Of a DNA stretch of 64,000 nt, positions 10,939 through 24,182 are shown in pieces. The stretch comes from Macrostomum hystrix (lineage: Eukaryota > Animalia > Platyhelminthes). The stretch covers positions 4,960,001 to 5,024,000 of the forward strand of contig CATNEN010000005.1 of NCBI GenBank assembly GCA_950097015.1. The letters run 5' to 3'. Position 1 is the first letter of the stretch. Every line of letters starts with the position of its first letter. The position numbers were made by a program, and so were the translations under genes. The notes beneath the pieces are model-generated. The model did no database searches, was not told where the DNA came from, and saw nothing but the letters and a program-made list of their open reading frames with translations.

Positions 10939-12348
10939 TCAGACTTGATTAGCGGTTCCAGCATCTTCGCTGTCGTCAGTCGGAGAATTTACGCGGCTAA
11001 TTAGCGCCGAGGTGACAACTAGACTGGCGAAGGCTGGCTCTTCAACACGCTGCTGCTGCTGCTGCTGCTGGTGGGCATTGTGCAGCAGCGCCTGCTGCTC
11101 ACCGTTACGGGCTTGGACAGCTTCATGCTCGGAGCGCAGGCTGTTGGGCTGGGCGCCGCACATGCTAGCTTGCTCGAGCGTCACCCGGGTCGCTTGTCCG
11201 CGTAGTCCGCAGCGCAGCACGCGGTCACGGAAGCTGCGCGACGATACAAAATAGGCCAGAAAGTTGGTGGCATTGTTGGCAAACATCAGGGTCTTCAGCA
11301 CGTCCAGAGTGACCCGGGTGGATTCTGAGTGAGTCAGCCAGCCGACAACGCTTAAGAGCTGACCCACGGAGGCCGGGAGGGTTGTGCAAATGTGGATGAC
11401 AGTCAGGACGGCTAGCAGACGCATGACGCTTTCGGGTTTCCTACCGCGCTGAGTGGCCGCATTTGACTGCTGATTGGACAAGGTTTCAGCAGTTGCGCCT
11501 GCCGTTTCAGCCGAAGACGGACTCTGGGGCTGCGACTGAAGCTCCAGCTGGCGACAGGCCATTCTCTGCCTGCGCATGGCGGCGTAGATGTACACATTGC
11601 ACACCAGAAGCACGGTGTACGGCACCACCAGGAAGGTGATGACGTCAAGCTTGACAAACCAGCGACCGAAAGCTCGATCGTAGACGCACTTGGTTGGCAA
11701 CAGTCGGTAGGACTCGTAGGGCACCCGGCCCAGCTGGGAGGCGTTGACTGTCGCCGGCCTGTGGAAGGCGGCAGTGTCGGGCAATGTCAGCAGCTGCACG
11801 CACTCGGTGGTGTAACGAAAGAACGCAATTGGCGCATTCTTAGCCACAATAGCGGCTGAAACCAGACCAAACAAGAGAGCAAATTTTCTGGCGGTGACCA
11901 GGCGACCAGCCCGGTGCGGAAAGGCCACCAGGATGAAGCGCTCGACGCCGATGCCGCACAGGGCATAGACGGCCAGGTCGCTAACTGTGGCCACCACAGC
12001 TTGGTGCAGGTGGCACACAGCCGGATGCTGGTCCCGAATGTCCAGCCCGATTGTCTCAGTCAGCCAGTAGCGAACCACAGCCAGGAGCAGAACTGCGCAG
12101 TCGACAAGGGCCAGGAACACCATGAGGAAACGGGTGGTGCCGCGGTGAGACCGCTCCGTTGCCTGAACGTAGGCAGTCACGGAATTGCCAGCAACCCCGC
12201 CAACGATGATCACGGCACCAAGAACGCGAAGCGACCATTCGGCTAAGCGAGCGGCTAGGCTGCCAATGCCGATCGACACCGTGCCGGGGTCGCACACTGG
12301 GAGGAGGACGCTGGAGGCGCTGCTGTTGTCGTTGTCCAAGTAGGTCAT
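10939..12348 (-). CDS. Intronless rhodopsin-like (class A) GPCR, probable peptide receptor
   Basis: 469 aa with seven hydrophobic segments. GVAGN in TM1, LALVD in TM2, ERF at the DRY position, P in TM5 and TM6, NNATNFLAY in TM7, followed by SRSFR (helix 8). Confidence 0.9.
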   Translation of the reverse strand: MTYLDNDNSSASSVLLPVCDPGTVSIGIGSLAARLAEWSLRVLGAVIIVGGVAGNSVTAYVQATERSHRGTTRFLMVFLALVDCAVLLLAVVRYWLTETIGLDIRDQHPAVCHLHQAVVATVSDLAVYALCGIGVERFILVAFPHRAGRLVTARKFALLFGLVSAAIVAKNAPIAFFRYTTECVQLLTLPDTAAFHRPATVNASQLGRVPYESYRLLPTKCVYDRAFGRWFVKLDVITFLVVPYTVLLVCNVYIYAAMRRQRMACRQLELQSQPQSPSSAETAGATAETLSNQQSNAATQRGRKPESVMRLLAVLTVIHICTTLPASVGQLLSVVGWLTHSESTRVTLDVLKTLMFANNATNFLAYFVSSRSFRDRVLRCGLRGQATRVTLEQASMCGAQPNSLRSEHEAVQARNGEQQALLHNAHQQQQQQQRVEEPAFASLVVTSALISRVNSPTDDSEDAGTANQV

Positions 12349-12621
12349 CCTGACAAACTTTGATAAACTGGGCTATTTTTTTAAGTAAATTCTTGAATAA
12401 AAAAGGCAAGGACGCTGACAAGGATTGAGTCGAATATTTTCTTGCTTTTTTCTGACCTTGTTTGAATTAGAGCAAGACTGGACTAAACTGGTTGGTCCAG
12501 TTCGGTCCAAACCAATCAGTTGACGTGATCAAATGCTAACTATTTCCATCATTTAAATTAGACCTAGCTGTTTGAAAGCCTTCGTGTTTACTCGAAAAAT
12601 TTAAATCAGCAGAAAGTCACT

Positions 12622-13117
12622 CGCATTCTGTGATGTGAAGAAGCCAGTAGGATTCTGTGATGTGAAGAAGCCAGTAGGATTCTGCGATGTGAAGAAGCCA
12701 GTAGGATTCTGTGATGTGAAGAAGCCAGTAGGATTCTGTGATGTGAAGAAGCCAGTAGGATTCTGTGATGTGAAGAAGCCAGTAGGATTCTGTGATGTGA
12801 AGAAGCCAGTAGGATTCTGTGATGTGAAGAAGCCAGTAGGATTCTGTGATGTGAAGAAGCCAGTAGGATTCTGTGATGTGAAGAAGCCAGTAGGATTCTG
12901 TGATGTGAAGAAGCCAGTAGGATTCTGTGATGTGAAGAAGCCAGTAGGATTCTGCGATGTGAAGAAGCCAGTAGGATTCTGTGATGTGAAGAAGCCAGTA
13001 GGATTCTGTGATGTGAAGAAGCCAGTAGGATTCTGTGATGTGAAGAAGCCAGTAGGATTCTGTGATGTGAAGAAGCCAGTAGGATTCTGTGATGTGAAGA
13101 AGCCAGTAGAATTCTGT
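12622..13117. repeat. 27-bp minisatellite (GATTCTGTGATGTGAAGAAGCCAGTAG)
   Basis: Read directly. The ORFs in three frames are artefacts. Confidence 0.97.
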
Positions 13118-13529
13118 GATCCGCATTCGTTCAACTTCGGTGCAAAACACGAAGGGGAAACCTCATTTAGAATGTTTCTTTTCGTAAGCAGGCAAACTGC
13201 GGAAATTTTGCTAGCAAGTTTGATATAATGCGACTCAATCTAGCACCGGATCTGTTAGGGAAGCCCTCGAAACTTCATCCAGGGTCGGGAATCGTGTTGT
13301 TCTTAATTTTTGCCTTCTATCGGACGGTAAAATATAAAGCACGAATCAGGCTAGCGACTATCGTGGACTGCGTTCGTGACTTAACAGAGCGGGTAGGGGA
13401 TAAACTATGCACGAGAGTCTCGAATCCTGTGCATCTGTATTCTGGATTACAAACTAGGGTTTAAGTAAGGAGTGCTGATCAAAACATCAGAATTTTTATC
13501 GGCTTGAGTATCTGCAGATGGGATTCATT

Positions 13530-16500
13530 TCATATATCTGAAGTTAGGGTTTGTGTATCTGAAGTTAGGGTTTGTGTATCTGAAGTTAGGGTTTGTGTAT
13601 CTGAAGTTTGGATTTGCTTATCTGCAGTTTGGATTTGCGTATCTGAAGCTTGGATTTGGGTATCTGAAGTTTGGATATGCGTATCTGAAGCTTGGATATG
13701 CGTATCTGAAGCTTGGATTTGGGTATTTGAAGTTTGGATTTGGGTATTTGAAGTTTGGATTTGGGTATTTGAAGTTTGGATTTAGGTATCTGAAGTTGGG
13801 ATTTGCTTATCTGCAGTTTGGATTTGGGTATTTGAAGTTTGGATTTGGGTATCTGAAGTTTGGATTTGGGTATTTGAAGTTTGGATTTGGGTATTTGAAG
13901 TTTGGATTTGCTTATCTGAAGTTTGGATTTGCTTATCTGAAGTTTGGATTTGGGTATTTGAAGTTTGGATTTGGGTATCTGAAGTTGGGATTTGCTTATC
14001 TGCAGTTTGGATTTGCGTATCTGAAGCTTGGATTTGGGTATCTGAAGTTTGGATTTGGGTATCTGAAGTTTGGATTTGGGTATTTGAAGTTTGGATTTGC
14101 TTATCTGAAGTTTGGATTTGGGTATTTGAAGTTTGGATTTGGGGATTTGAAGTTTGGATTTGGGTATCTGAAGTTTGGATTTGGTTATCTGAAGTTGGGA
14201 TTTGGGTATCTGAAGTTTGGATTTGGTTATCTGCAGTTTGGATTTGCGTATCTGAAGCTTGGATTTGGGTATCTGAAGTTTGGATTTGGGTATCTGAAGT
14301 TTGGATTTGGGTATCTGAAGTTTGGATTTGGGTATCTGAAGTTTGGATTTGGGTATCTGAAGTTTGGATTTGGGTATTTGAAGTTTGGATTCGCTTATCT
14401 GAAGTTTGGATTTGGGTATTTGAAGTTTGGATTTGCTTATCTGAAGTTTGGATTTGCTTATCTGAAGTTTGGATTTGCTTATCTGAAGTTTGGATTTGGG
14501 TATCTGAAGTTTGGATTTGCTTATTTGAAGTTTGGATTTGCTTATTTGAAGTTTGGAGTTGGGTATTTGAAGTTTGGATTTGCTTATCTGAAGTTTGGAT
14601 TTGGGTATTTGAAGTTTGGATTTGCTTATCTGAAGTTTGGATTTGCTTATCTGAAGTTTGGATTTGGGTATTTGAAGTTTGGATTTGGGTATCTGAAGTT
14701 TGGATTTGGGTATTTGAAGTTTGGATTTGGGTATTTGAAGTTTGGATTTGCTTATCTGAAGTTTGGATTTGCTTATCTGAAGTTTGGATTTGGGTATTTG
14801 AAGTTTGGATTTGCTTATCTGAAGTTTGGATTTGCTTATCTGAAGTTTGGATTTGCTTATCTGAAGGTTGGATTTGGGTATTTGAACTTTGGATTTGGGT
14901 ATTTGAAGTTTGGATTTGCTTATCTGAAGTTTGGATTTGCTTATCTGAAGTTTGGATTTGGGTATTTGAAGTTTGGATTTGGGTATTTGAAGTTTGGATT
15001 TGCTTATCTGAAGTTTGGATTTGGGTATTTGAAGTTTGGATTTGGGTATTTGAAGTTTGGATTTGGGTATCTGAAGTTTGGATTTGGGTATCTGAAGTTG
15101 GGATTTGGGTATCTGAAGTTTGGATTTGGGTATCTGAAGTTTGGATTTGGGTATCTGAAGTTGGGATTTGGGTATCTGAAGTTTGGATTTGCTTATCTGA
15201 AGTTTGGATTTGCTTATCTGAAGTTTGGATTTGGGTATCTGAAGTTTGGATTTGGGTATCTGAAGTTTGGATTTGGGTATCTGAAGTTTGGATTTGGGTA
15301 TTTGAAGTTTGGATTTGCTTATCTGAAGTTTGGATTTGCTTATCTGAAGTTTGGATTTGCTTATCTGAAGGTTGGATTTGGGTATTTGAAGTTTGGATTT
15401 GCTTATCTGAAGTTTGGATTTGCTTATCTGAAGTTTGGATTTGGGTATTTGAAGTTTGGATTTGCTTATCTGAAGTTTGGATTTGCTTATCTGAAGTTTG
15501 GATTTGCTTATCTGAAGTTTGGATTTGGGTATTTGAAGTTTGGATTTGGGTATTTGAAGTTTGGATTTGCTTATCTGAAGTTTGGATTTGGGTATTTGAC
15601 GTTTGGATTTGCTTATCTGAAGTTTGGATTTGGGTATTTGAAGTTTGGATTTGGGTATCTGAAGTTTGGATTTGGGTATCTGAAGTTGGGATTTGGGTAT
15701 CTGAAGTTTGGATTTGGGTATCTGAAGTTTGGATTTGGGTATCTATAGTTGGGATTTGGGTATCTGAAGTTTGGATTTGGGTATCTGAAGTTTGGATTTG
15801 GGTATCTGAAGTTTGGATTTGGGTATCTGAAGTTTGGATTTGGGTATCTGAAGTTGGGATTTGGGTATCTGAAGTTTGGATTTGGGTATCTGAAGTTTGG
15901 ATTTGGGTATCTGAAGTTTGGATTTGCTTATCTGAAGTTTGGATTTGCTTATCTGAAGTTTGGATTTGGGTATCTGAAGTTTGGATTTGGGTATCTGAAG
16001 TTTGGATTTGGGTATCTGAAGTTTGGATTTGGGTATCTGAAGTTGGTATTTGGGTATCTGAAGTTGGGATTTGCTTATCTGAAGTTTGGATTTGCTTATC
16101 TGAAGTTTGGATTTGCTTATCTGAAGTTTGGATTTGGGTATTTGAAGTTTGGATTTGGGTATCTGAAGTTTGGATTTGCTTATCTGAAGTTTGGATTTGG
16201 GTATTTGAAGTTTGGATTTGCTTATCTGAAGTTTGGATTTGCTTATCTGAAGTTTGGATTTGCTTATCTGAAGTTTGGATTTGGGTATCTGAAGTTTGGA
16301 TTTGGGTATTTGAAGTTTGGATTTGCTTATCTGAAGTTTGGATTTGCTTATCTGAAGTTTGGATTTGCTTATCTGAAGTTTGGATTTGGGTATTTGAAGT
16401 TTGGATTTGCTTATCTGAAGTTTGGATTTGCTTATCTGAAGTTTGGATTTGCTTATCTGAAGGTTGGATTTGGGTATTTGAAGTTTGGATTTGCTTATCT

Positions 16501-17030
16501 GAAGTTTGGATTTGGGTATTTGAAGTTTGGATTTGGGTATTTGAAGTTTGGATTTGCTTATCTGAAGTTTGGATTTGGGTATTTGACGTTTGGATTTGCT
16601 TATCTGAAGTTTGGATTTGGGTATTTGAAGTTTGGATTTGGGTATTTGAAGTTTGGATTTGGGTATCTGAAGTTTGGATTTGGGTATCTGAAGTTTGGAT
16701 TTGCTTATCTATAGTTGGGATTTGGGTATCTGAAGTTTGGATTTGGGTATCTGAAGTTTGGATTTGGGTATCTGAAGTTTGGATTTGCTTATCTGAAGTT
16801 TGGATTTGCTTATCTGAAGTTTGGATTTGGGTATCTGAAGTTTGGATTTGGGTATCTGAAGTTTGGATTTGGGTATCTGAAGTTTGGATTTGGGTATCTG
16901 AAGTTGGGATTTGGGTATCTGAAGTTGGGATTTGGGTATCTGAAGTTTGGATTTGGGTATCTGAAGTTTGGATTTGGGTATCTGAAGTTTGGATTTGGGT
17001 ATCTGAAGTTTGGATTTGAGTATCTGATGT
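13530..17030. repeat. 18-bp minisatellite (TGAAGTTTGGATTTG[GG/CT]TAT[C/T]), about 3.5 kb
   Basis: Read directly. The 731-, 1103- and 321-aa ORFs are artefacts. Confidence 0.97.
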
Positions 17031-17739
17031 AGTAGTATTGCGAGGCGCATTCAAAGGCTGTGTACAGCACCCAGGTGTCCATGGACATTGCACCCAGGTA
17101 AATTTTTAAGCTGACAAATCTAAATGCTTGCTAAAGGGACAGAATGTTTTAGAAATTGATCTTCGGACCTCTCGGTTATGGGCTAGAGTCTTGCCTTTAA
17201 GGTTTTTGTTATTAATAAAAAATTGAACAAGATTGAACAAGCGCAAGCGGTTAGTTAGTGGAATAATTGAATAGGCTATCTGTTCAAAAAGTTGGTGACT
17301 TCATTGCTTAATAATGCCAAAAATGAAACTATTATTTTCTAAATATTCCATTAGAATGTCGTGTATTTGCATGCACAATGAATATATTTCATTCACAGTT
17401 TACTTTTACCAACTGAAAGCTTAAACGTAGTCTCTCGCCTCTCTCTAATTATAACAAAAATAGAAAATTAAAACACGATGAAACTCGATAGCCAGCTCCA
17501 GAAAATGAAAAATCAGAGTCGCCTAAGTGATATTGTTCGATGACAGCAAGCATTTTTCGACTTGACAAAATCTTGCTTTTAACTTTCTTTTCGTCAGCGA
17601 CAAAAAAGCAACAAAGCATAAAAGTAAATCTGCCCCCGAAACCAATAAGAACACGTGGGAACACGGGTAGAAAAATGTAGGAAAATATAAATAAGAGGGA
17701 GAGATGGAAGATACCCCGAGAACAGGTGTAAAATAGGGG

Positions 17740-18065
17740 AAGATAGGGGAAGAACATGTGTAAGATAGGGGAGAACAGGTATAAGATAGGGGAAGATAGG
17801 GGAGAACAGGTGTAAGATAGGGAAGATAGGGGAGAACAGGTGTAAGATAGGGAAGATAGGGGAGAACAGGTTTAAGATAGGGAGACATGGGTGAGAACAG
17901 GTGTAAGATAGGGGAAGATAGGGGAAGAACATGTGTAAGATAGGGGAAGATAGGGGAGAACAGGTATAAGATAGGGGAAGATAGGGGAGAACAGGTGTAA
18001 GATAGGGAAGATAGGGGAGAACAGGTGTAAGACAGTGAAGATAGGGGAGAACAGGTGTAAGATAG
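17740..18065. repeat. 30-31-bp purine-rich tandem repeat (CAGGTGTAAGATAGGGGAAGATAGGGGAGAA)
   Basis: Read directly. Confidence 0.9.
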
Positions 18066-18849
18066 GATAAAAAAGGAATGGGATTTGGGCCTGCTAAGAC
18101 TTCCTAGGGTGTTAGTGAAATCAAAAGAAAAAAGTCGGAGACAAATGTGTGAAAAGTGGGCAAGAACTGGGTGTAGCCAATCTTGAACACAAATTCACAA
18201 AGAATCTCGAATAGTACCAATATAAAATAGGACTACATGAAAAATAGGTTTCACAAAATCAGACAGATTGACAACAGCATGGGCGTGCCAGAAGAGATCA
18301 CACTAGTTAGGCTTAAAGATAAGTTCTTGATGAAATTATTACTTATTACTATGAGTACTAATATTAAAAAGAAATTACAAAGATTAACATAAAAATTAAG
18401 AACTGAATTTGAAGGCTCACAGAAGCTAAATAAATGACATCGAAACCACGAGTAGAAAGCCATATAAAACCTTCAGTAGTAGCTACTACTAATAGAGTCG
18501 TTTAGTCAGTAGCCACGTGCGAAAATTAAGTAACAAAAATATTAACTGCAAGCAAAAAACACTGAAGCTTAAAATTATATTTCCAAAAAACTCTCAGTAC
18601 TAAATGGATAATGGAATAAATGAGACAAATATTGACTGGATAATTATAAACAAATCAGTCCTTGAATTAGTGTCTTTGTACACGAGAGGCAGAATAGCAG
18701 ACAAAAAATTATATTAAGCATTGAAATGAAATCTTAACCTACAAACGACAAGTCGCGAAAAAAAGACAGAAAAAACACAATAAAAAGAAAATTATTGAAT
18801 ACACCTTTGTCATTGAGTAGTGTATGAGTATTGAGTTGGCCTTTAAGGG

Positions 18850-19880
18850 ATTAGGATTGGCTGTGGAGGGATTAGGATTGGCTGTTTAAGGATTGGGGAT
18901 TGGCTCTCATGGGATTGGGAACTGACTGTTGTGGGATTGGGAACTGACTGTTGTGGGATTGGGAACTGATTGTTGTGGGATTGGGAACTGACTGTTGTGG
19001 GATTAGGAACTGACTGTTGTGGGATTGGGAACTGATTGTTGTGGGATTGGGAACTGATTGTTGTGGGATTGGGAACTGACTGTTGTGGGATTGGGAACTG
19101 ATTGTTGTGGGATTGGGAACTGACTGTTGTGGGATTGGGAACTGATTGTTGTGGGATTGGGAACTGACTGTTGTGGGATTGGGAACTGATTGTTGTGGGA
19201 TTGGGAACTGACTGTTGTGGGATTGGGAACTGATTGTTGTGGGATTGGGAACTGACTGTTGTGAGATTGGGAACTGACTGTTGTGAGATTGGGAACTGAC
19301 TGTTGTGAGATTGGGAACTGACTGTTGTGGGATTGGGAACTGACTGTTGTGGGATTGGGAACTGACTTTTACGGGGTTGGGAACTGACTGTTGTGGGATT
19401 GGGAACTGACTGTTGTGGGATTGGGAACTGACTGTTGTGGGATTGGGAACTGACTGTTGTGGGATTGGGAACTGATTGTTGTGGGATTGGGAACTGACTG
19501 TTGTGGGATTGGGAAATGATTGTTGTGGGATTGGGAACTGACTGTTGTGGGATTGGGAACTGATTGTTGTGGGATTGGGAACTGACTGTTGTGGGATTGG
19601 GAACTGATTGTTGTGGGATTGGGAACTGACTGTTGTGGGATTGGGAACTGATTGTTGTGGGATTGGGAACTGACTGTTGTGGGATTGGGAACTGATTGTT
19701 GTGGGATTGGGAACTGACTGTTGTGGGATTGGGAACTGACTTTTACGGGGTTGGGAATTGGCAGTTATGGGATTGGGAACTGACTGTTGTGGGATTGGGA
19801 ACTGACTGTTGTGGGATTGGGAACTGACTTTTACGGGATTGGGAATTGGCTTTTATGGAATTGGGAATTGGCTGTTATGG
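18850..19880. repeat. 22-bp minisatellite (GGGATTGGGAACTGACTGTTGT), directly downstream of the CEPT1 stop
   Basis: Read directly (period 22, e.g. 19021 and 19043). Confidence 0.95.
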
Positions 19881-19980
19881 GATTGGGATTTGGATCTTTG
19901 TTTTTGGGACTAGATAGAATGTTCAGGTAGTGAGGAGTTGTTACCAGTTCAGTTTTTAATCGCCTAGAAAAGCATCGAAC

Positions 19981-22464
19981 TCACTGTGATCTCCGAGGTC
20001 TCAGGTTTCGGTCGCTACTGCTACTACTATTATTATTTGTGTTAGCTGAGGACTTCAATCCAATAGTTAGCACTCGAATGCCCAGATAGGCAGCAATTTG
20101 ATTGCACAGCCTCACGGAGTACTGGACAACGTCAAGCAGGCCAATGATGGAGGCTAAACCGAGTGCAACACCGTCTGATAGCGGCTCGTTAAAGTACTGA
20201 TTTAGGACTAGGATTGCTAGCCCAGACAGGCCGGAGTCCCACAGGGCCAGCTCGGTGCGAGTCATGTGCGCCACTATTAACCGTTCGCAGATTTTCACAC
20301 CGGCCGCGCCGAACGCTACGATGAATAGGCAGGGCTGGTCTAGGAATAGGCGAGGCGACTTGCTGCCTACAACAGCCGCTACTATTAGTAGCATTAGCCA
20401 CACTAAGCCTGGAAATATGATGCTAGTGTTGGCCACAGTGGAGCCATTCTTGCCGGCACCGCCGCGGCTGATGCAGTACAACAAGCGGAAGTACATTGGA
20501 CTGGAGGTGATTAAAAACCCTGACACCTGCGTGCGTGCGTGAGTTGGTAGGTGCGCAGGTAAGAAAATTGTTATGAGAATTCGCTTATAAGATATTAGGC
20601 TGTTCTAGGATTGGGATTTACCTGTTCTAGAATTGTATTTCTTACTGTTCTAGGATTGGGATTTTGGCTGTTCTAGGATTGGGATTTTGGCTGTTCTAGG
20701 ATTGTATTTCTTACTGTTCTCGGATTGGGATTTTGGCTGTTCTAGGATTGTATTTTTACTGTTCTCGGATTGGGATTTTGGCTGTTCTAGGATTGTATTT
20801 CTTACTGTTCTCGGATTGGGATTTTGGCTGTTCTAGGATTGGGATTTTGGCTGTTCTAGGATTGGGATTTTGGCTGTTCTAGGATTGGGATTTTGGCTGT
20901 TCTAGGATTGGGATTTTGGCTGTTCTAGGATTGTATTTCTTACTGTTCTAGGATTGGGATTTTGGCTGTTCTAGGATTGGGATTTTGGCTGTTCTAGGAT
21001 TGGGATTTTGGCTGTTCTAGGATTGTATTTCTTACTGTTCTAGGATTGGGATTTTGGCTGTTCTAGGATTGGGATTTTGGCTGTTCTAGGATTGTATTTT
21101 TACTGTTCTAGGATTGTATGTTTACTGTTCTAGGATTGTATGTTTACTGTTCTAGGATTGTATGTTTACTGTTCTAGGATTGGGATTTTGGCTGTTCTAG
21201 GATTGTATTTTTACAGTTTTAAGATTGTATTTTTACTGTTCTAGGATTAGGATTTTGGCTGTTCTAGGATTATATCTTTAGTGTTCTAGGGCTATATTTT
21301 TTGCTTTTCTAGGATTGTGTTTTTGCCTGTTTTAGGATGAGGATTTTGGCTGTTCTAGGATTGGGTTTTTGCCTGTTTTAGGATGAGGATTTTGGCTGTT
21401 CTAGGATTGTGTTTTTGCCTGTTTTAGGATGAGGATTTTGGCTGTTCTAGGATTGGGATTTGGCTGTTCTAGGATTGGGTTTTGGCTGTTCTAGGATTGG
21501 GTTTTGGCTGTTCTAGAATTGGGATTCAGTTTGGCCAATGTGGGATAGGGATTGGCTGTTTTAAGATTGGGATTTAGGTTTTGGGGTTGGATGGACTGCT
21601 TAGGTATTGGGATTAGTCAACTTTTTGTGTCTAGGATTTATTACAATTAATTAATCTGGGAGTGATAAGTTTTCCTTGGAATAAAAATGACTAAAACGAA
21701 TAGCAGGCTCACCTGAAAGTGTCTCAATTGGAAACCGCCAGGCAGCAACTGATAGCTCCACAATCCGTTCACGCCGAAAAGAGCGGACGCGAGAAACATA
21801 GCAATGCAGCATAGCTGAGCCTCTGTAACATCGATCTTGCCGAACATCACCTTGCCATTGATGTAGGCAATCCAATGAGCGACAAAGAATAGGGTCATAG
21901 TGCTGGCACACTGTACAAGCATCAGTTTCGGCGAGTGACCCAAGCCGATAGCAACGCACACGCTTAGAATCACTAGCAGGGTATTAGCAGCATCGCAGCC
22001 GTGATCGAATAGTTCGCCTAGGGGCGAAGAAGTGCCAGTTCGCCTGGCCTGTTTGCCGTCCAGTGCGTCCAGAGTTTGATAAATAAATAGGGCTACAGCG
22101 GCGTAGATCAACAGCCAAGGCGGCAGGTCCTGGCAAGAGTACAGGCCGTTTTTTTAAAACTCAACTTAGCCTCTCTTATCATTATAATCTTCTTCTACGG
22201 GAAATAATTTCTCACCTGTTTAGCATCGGGACTGTACAGCAGCAACATGACAGCACTGCTAGCATTCATAATTAACCCAGTCAGGGTCAGAGCATTGGGG
22301 GCAGCGTTTAACGGCACCCAGTTAATGAGGGCGCACCAGAATCTCTGCATTACCGGTTCTACTAGCGAAGTGCCAGTAACCGAGTACTCGTGCTGCAGCA
22401 GGTGACTCAGATGGCGCTCGTCCAAAGGACCCGGCACAAAACGGCCGCGAGACCGGCTGGCCAT
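19981..22464 (-). CDS. CEPT1: Choline/ethanolamine phosphotransferase; exons 22464-22216, 22129-21713, 20526-19981 (403 aa)
   Basis: CDP-alcohol phosphotransferase motif DALDGKQARRTGTSSPLGELFDHGCD, plus GGAGKNGSTVA and AHMT..D. All junctions are GT-AG in phase 0. Confidence 0.93.
20600..21530. repeat. 23-bp minisatellite (GTTCTAGGATTGGGATTTTGGCT) in CEPT1 intron 2
   Basis: Read directly. Confidence 0.95.
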
Positions 22465-22559
22465 GACTAACGGCTCAAAGCTGAAGCATTGGCAGGGTTA
22501 GGGAAGTGCCTGATTTATTCCTGAGGCTAATTAATAATAAATAATTGATCACACCTTCC

Positions 22560-23180
22560 CCTTAACTGTTCAGTCAGTGGACTGCAACCAGAAACCGAAA
22601 CCATTTTACAATCGGGTAAACTGAAACAACTCAGAGTTAAATGTCTTGCTAAAGGACCGATTGTTACAGTTCAGTCTGGAATTGAACCCCCGACCTTAAA
22701 GTCGTGAGTTCACAAATTGGTACCGTAGAGTCGGAAATCGAACCTCCGACCTTAAAATCATGAGTTCACTAATTGTTACAGTGGAGTTGGAAATCGAACC
22801 CCTGACCTTAAAGCCGTGAGTTCAAATTGTTACAGTAAATTATGGAATCGAACCGCCGACCTATAAGTCATGAGTTCACAAATTGTTACAGTGGCGTCGA
22901 GAATCGAACCTCCGACCTTAAAGACATGAGTTCACAAGTTGTTACAGTGGAGTATGGAATCGAACCGCCGACCTATAATATAAGTCATGAGTTCACAAAT
23001 TGGAGTCGGGAATCGAACCTCCGACCTTAAAGACATGAGTTCACTAATTGTCACAGTGGGGAGTATAGAATCGAACTCCCGACCGTAAAGTCATGAGTTC
23101 ACAAATTGGTACCTTAGATTCGGAAATCGAACCCCGGACCTTAAAGTCGTGAGTCAGACGCTCTAAACACTAGACTACAA
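22560..23180 (-). mobile_element. SINE family B copy with its B-box segment tandemly amplified about 9 times
   Basis: About 55-bp units, each containing GAA(A)TCGAAC..CCGACC (reverse B box). The SINE head end (TAGACTACAA) is at about 23180. Confidence 0.8.
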
Positions 23181-23269
23181 TCCCCTGTAGTTGCACCTGA
23201 GGCTACACAGCTGAGTAAGAAAATTTATACCCGGGACTACATCAATCAGTTGTAGCATTAACTACTGGT

Positions 23270-23480
23270 TAAAGCTTCGTTTACCTAACCGATAGGTCGG
23301 AAGTTCAGATCTCAGCCCAAAAGAAACAGAATGCGTCTTTGAGCAAGAAATTTAAACACACATTGCTCTTGTTTACTTAGCTGTAAAATAACGTCAGATT
23401 TTTAGCTAGAGTAGAAGACGTTTGGGTTAGTGAGACATTCCCTTAGTCTATGGACTGAACAGCAGTACACAGGCATAAGT
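23270..23480 (+). mobile_element. Degenerate SINE family B copy
   Basis: GGTCGGAAGTTCAGATC..GAGCAAGAAATTTAA..CATTGCTC..TAGCTGTAAAA..AGTCTATGGACTGAACAGCAGTAC. Confidence 0.55.
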
Positions 23481-23699
23481 GTAAGGTGTCTTTTCTGTCT
23501 ATGTTTAATCATTCTATAGGAATAAATATATAATAAAGACAGACTGTGGTTAAAATAGTAAAAATGTGCAACCATAAAATGTAAGCACGTATGTGGTTTA
23601 TAAGAAGTAAATTACAACAAAGTAAAATGCGAAATTCACACAATGAACCTAGATTATAATAATACCAATTATAAGTTTAGTTATCAATTGCACATCCGT

Positions 23700-24182
23700 T
23701 TAAATAGGCCAAGCGTTCTCCTTTCCATCATCGACAACTGGATATTCGTCAGCATTAGGCAGACTGGCATCGGCAATGGACCAACTATCGGCATTGTTGC
23801 TAAGCTCATCGTCTGCTTTAGCCAGATTGATAAATTCTAATGCACTGGCGGCGCGATAGACACTGGCTGAGGCTTCGTTAGCCAACTGGTGCTGCCTGAG
23901 AGCACACAATCTGCTGGCAACTAATGTGCGATTCTTCAAAAAAGCCAGACGATTATCCAATCTAGTAGGGTCGGTGCTGTTTCTAAGCGAACAAGTCGTC
24001 GGTGGCGTCGATGACATCAGAGAGCCGAAGCGTTTCTCTAGCAACGGTTGAGCACCATCGCTAGTTGCTTTCAGCCAGCTAGCTGCTTCATTGCTATAGT
24101 TTGTCTGCGCTTCAATTAGCAATGCATTGTAGCGTGCATCGTCTTCGCAGATTAACTCTACTAGTCCGCTTTTAGTTGTCAT
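23700..24182 (-). CDS. Orphan ORF, 160 aa from ATG 24182 (or the terminal exon of a larger gene, acceptor at 24216-24215)
   Basis: Open frame with coding-like composition inside AT-rich DNA. TTTTTCAG acceptor 32 nt upstream of the ATG. No family recognised. Confidence 0.6.
   Translation of the reverse strand: MTTKSGLVELICEDDARYNALLIEAQTNYSNEAASWLKATSDGAQPLLEKRFGSLMSSTPPTTCSLRNSTDPTRLDNRLAFLKNRTLVASRLCALRQHQLANEASASVYRAASALEFINLAKADDELSNNADSWSIADASLPNADEYPVVDDGKENAWPI

Noticed and set aside
13504-17093. ORFs of 731, 1103 and 321 aa, and TTAGGG in the first three units
   Set aside because: The ORFs arise from an 18-bp unit without stops. TTAGGG is not tandem, so this is not telomeric.
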